From the NCBI RefSeq assembly GCF_006345805.1, contig NW_021836722.1, forward strand, positions 1 to 22,805: a stretch of DNA of 22,805 nt, in the 5' to 3' direction. The DNA comes from Octopus sinensis. Taxonomy: Eukaryota. Both the position numbers and the translations under genes were made by a program. This document shows, in pieces, positions 21,188-22,805 of the stretch. The notes under the pieces were generated by a model. That model ran no database searches. It was not told where the DNA came from and saw only the letters and a program-made list of their open reading frames with translations. The number at the start of each line of letters is the position of its first letter. Position 1 is the stretch's first letter.

Positions 21188-22654
21188 GTAATTCCTTGAT
21201 GGTGATTCAAATGAAAATGCCTGAAGAAGTGAACGAACACAAAAATGGGTTCCGAAAATTGCATCATTTCGTATGTAATATGAAATAAATGGCATTTGTC
21301 CATCGAAACGCGCGTGACATTGATTTGACTTCTCTTTTCTGCAAATAAATTATTATTCACCCTGTGAGGGTTATGACATGTCTTTTTGGTATACACGCCT
21401 TGGATTGGCAAAGTCTTCTTTTAAAATTGACCGAAGTATAACCAATAACCATTCTGTTATTCCAACATTATGCTAGCTAATAGCTTCACATTTCGTTACT
21501 CAGCGTTTATAGATTCAATCCCCAAACAACATTTGAAGACTTGTCTCAGAACTCCGCTTCATTTTGGGTATATAGAAAGCTTAAGAGAAATTGCGTTCCT
21601 GTGATTTGTTATTAAAGAATTGTCGGAAAAATGGTTTGTTTTTGATTCCTTGTCTGCTTATAAATAATGGTGGAACTAGAACCAATATCAAATGCCAGCT
21701 TTATTTAGCAGAGATTCACACTATTATTGCAAGACAGAAACGGTCTGGAATCCATAAAGAGCTGCTATGCACTTTTGTATGCGAACCCTGGTATTTGCTT
21801 TGTTACTGTAAACCACCCTTATCTAATTATAGATTCTAGTTTCGTTATTCTCTGAGAGAATCCCTTATCAATTCATTGCTACTTCCCCCAAAACCCCTAG
21901 TCTTACTTTAATGTTGTTTGTACCTCTTCGCCCGTCGCACGTCTCCAGACATTTAAAGTTCCACAAATATTTTTTTCTCTGCAAGTTTATAAACATTTAT
22001 GCAGAGCAATGAAGCTGTATATTTTTCTGTATATCTAAGCAAAAAATCTTACACACACACACACATACTCTGTCTGTCTTTCTCTCTTTCTCTCTGTCAT
22101 ATGCATACATACTTATGCATATTGTTTTAACTTTACTACATCTACGTTTTCCTAGTTTCCGCATTCCGCACAATAACATCTCACAAGACCGCAATGACCT
22201 CAGCGTCGAATCTTTCTATTCACACATCTTAACGTCGACATCCCGTCACTTTCCCTCCTGCTACATGCAGACAACTCAGTGTTTTTCAGTTATTTTTTTT
22301 ATGTGTCACCTTTGTCTGTGTTATTCATCTCTAAACACCTCCACACTTCTACGTGAGTGGGTGTGTGTATGTGTGTGCGTGTGTGTGTGTGTGTTAAATA
22401 AAATGACGCAACAAAGCCAAGGCTGTGTGGAATTTTCAAGACATTTATAAAGAGAAAGTTAGTCTTACAGCTGTTTCTGGGATATTAGGAATATCCCTTC
22501 ATGAGAGACGATGTGAGATGGTTACATAGAGGGCAATAGTAGAGTTCAATATACGGAGTAATTCTGGAAAGGGATGAACATAAGAAGCATAAAAGGAAAT
22601 TAGATAATAAAAATGAAAACAAATATATGTAGGATGTTATAGTTGCAGTTCCAT

Positions 22655-22805
22655 GTTGTTTGTTAGTTCCTTCTCGAGCCATGCCTGGCTCATAAGGGCC
22701 GGTTTCCCGGTTTCTTGGCGTATAGGTTCCCCATCTGGACGGGACGCCGGTCCGTCGCAGGTGAGCTGCAAGATGCAAGAGGAAAGAGTGAAAGAAAGTT
22801 GTGGC
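22655..22805 (-). mobile_element. 3' part of a SINE related to 9609-9990 but with a different tail (cut by window end)
   Basis: GAGGAAAGAGTGAAAGAAAGTTGTGGC matches GGAAGTAAGAGTGAGAGAAAGTTGTGGT at ~9798-9826. The remaining sequence (GAGCCATGCCTGGCTCATAAGGGCCGGTTTCCCGGTTTC...) is unrelated to that SINE's tail. Confidence 0.75.

Noticed and set aside
20953-21411. 152-aa minus-strand ORF as a protein-coding gene
   Set aside because: Non-ATG start, no recognisable domain, and antisense to the promoter and poly(A) signals; likely incidental.

Overview
AT-rich, microsatellite-dense eukaryotic non-coding DNA. The SINE repertoire and the (TA)n/(CATA)n/(TTA)n load point to an octopus (cephalopod) genome; this is recognition, not a database result. 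No host protein-coding exon can be supported, and most ORF-track entries are microsatellite translations. The window is a nest of decayed mobile elements: a Penelope-like GIY-YIG fragment, many restriction-like-endonuclease (R4/Dong-type) non-LTR fragments including a same-orientation stack in (TTA)n repeats, an internally inverted RTE element with C-terminal C2H2 fingers, a DD37D-type Tc1/mariner fragment, and several tRNA-derived SINEs. The best candidate for something new is a ~0.6-0.8 kb unit at ~20.7-21.45 kb. It has an E-box palindrome, TATA, Inr and poly(A) signals, and a cluster of hammerhead-ribozyme core motifs, one of which can be folded as a type III hammerhead. All translations and folds were done by eye and need computational confirmation.
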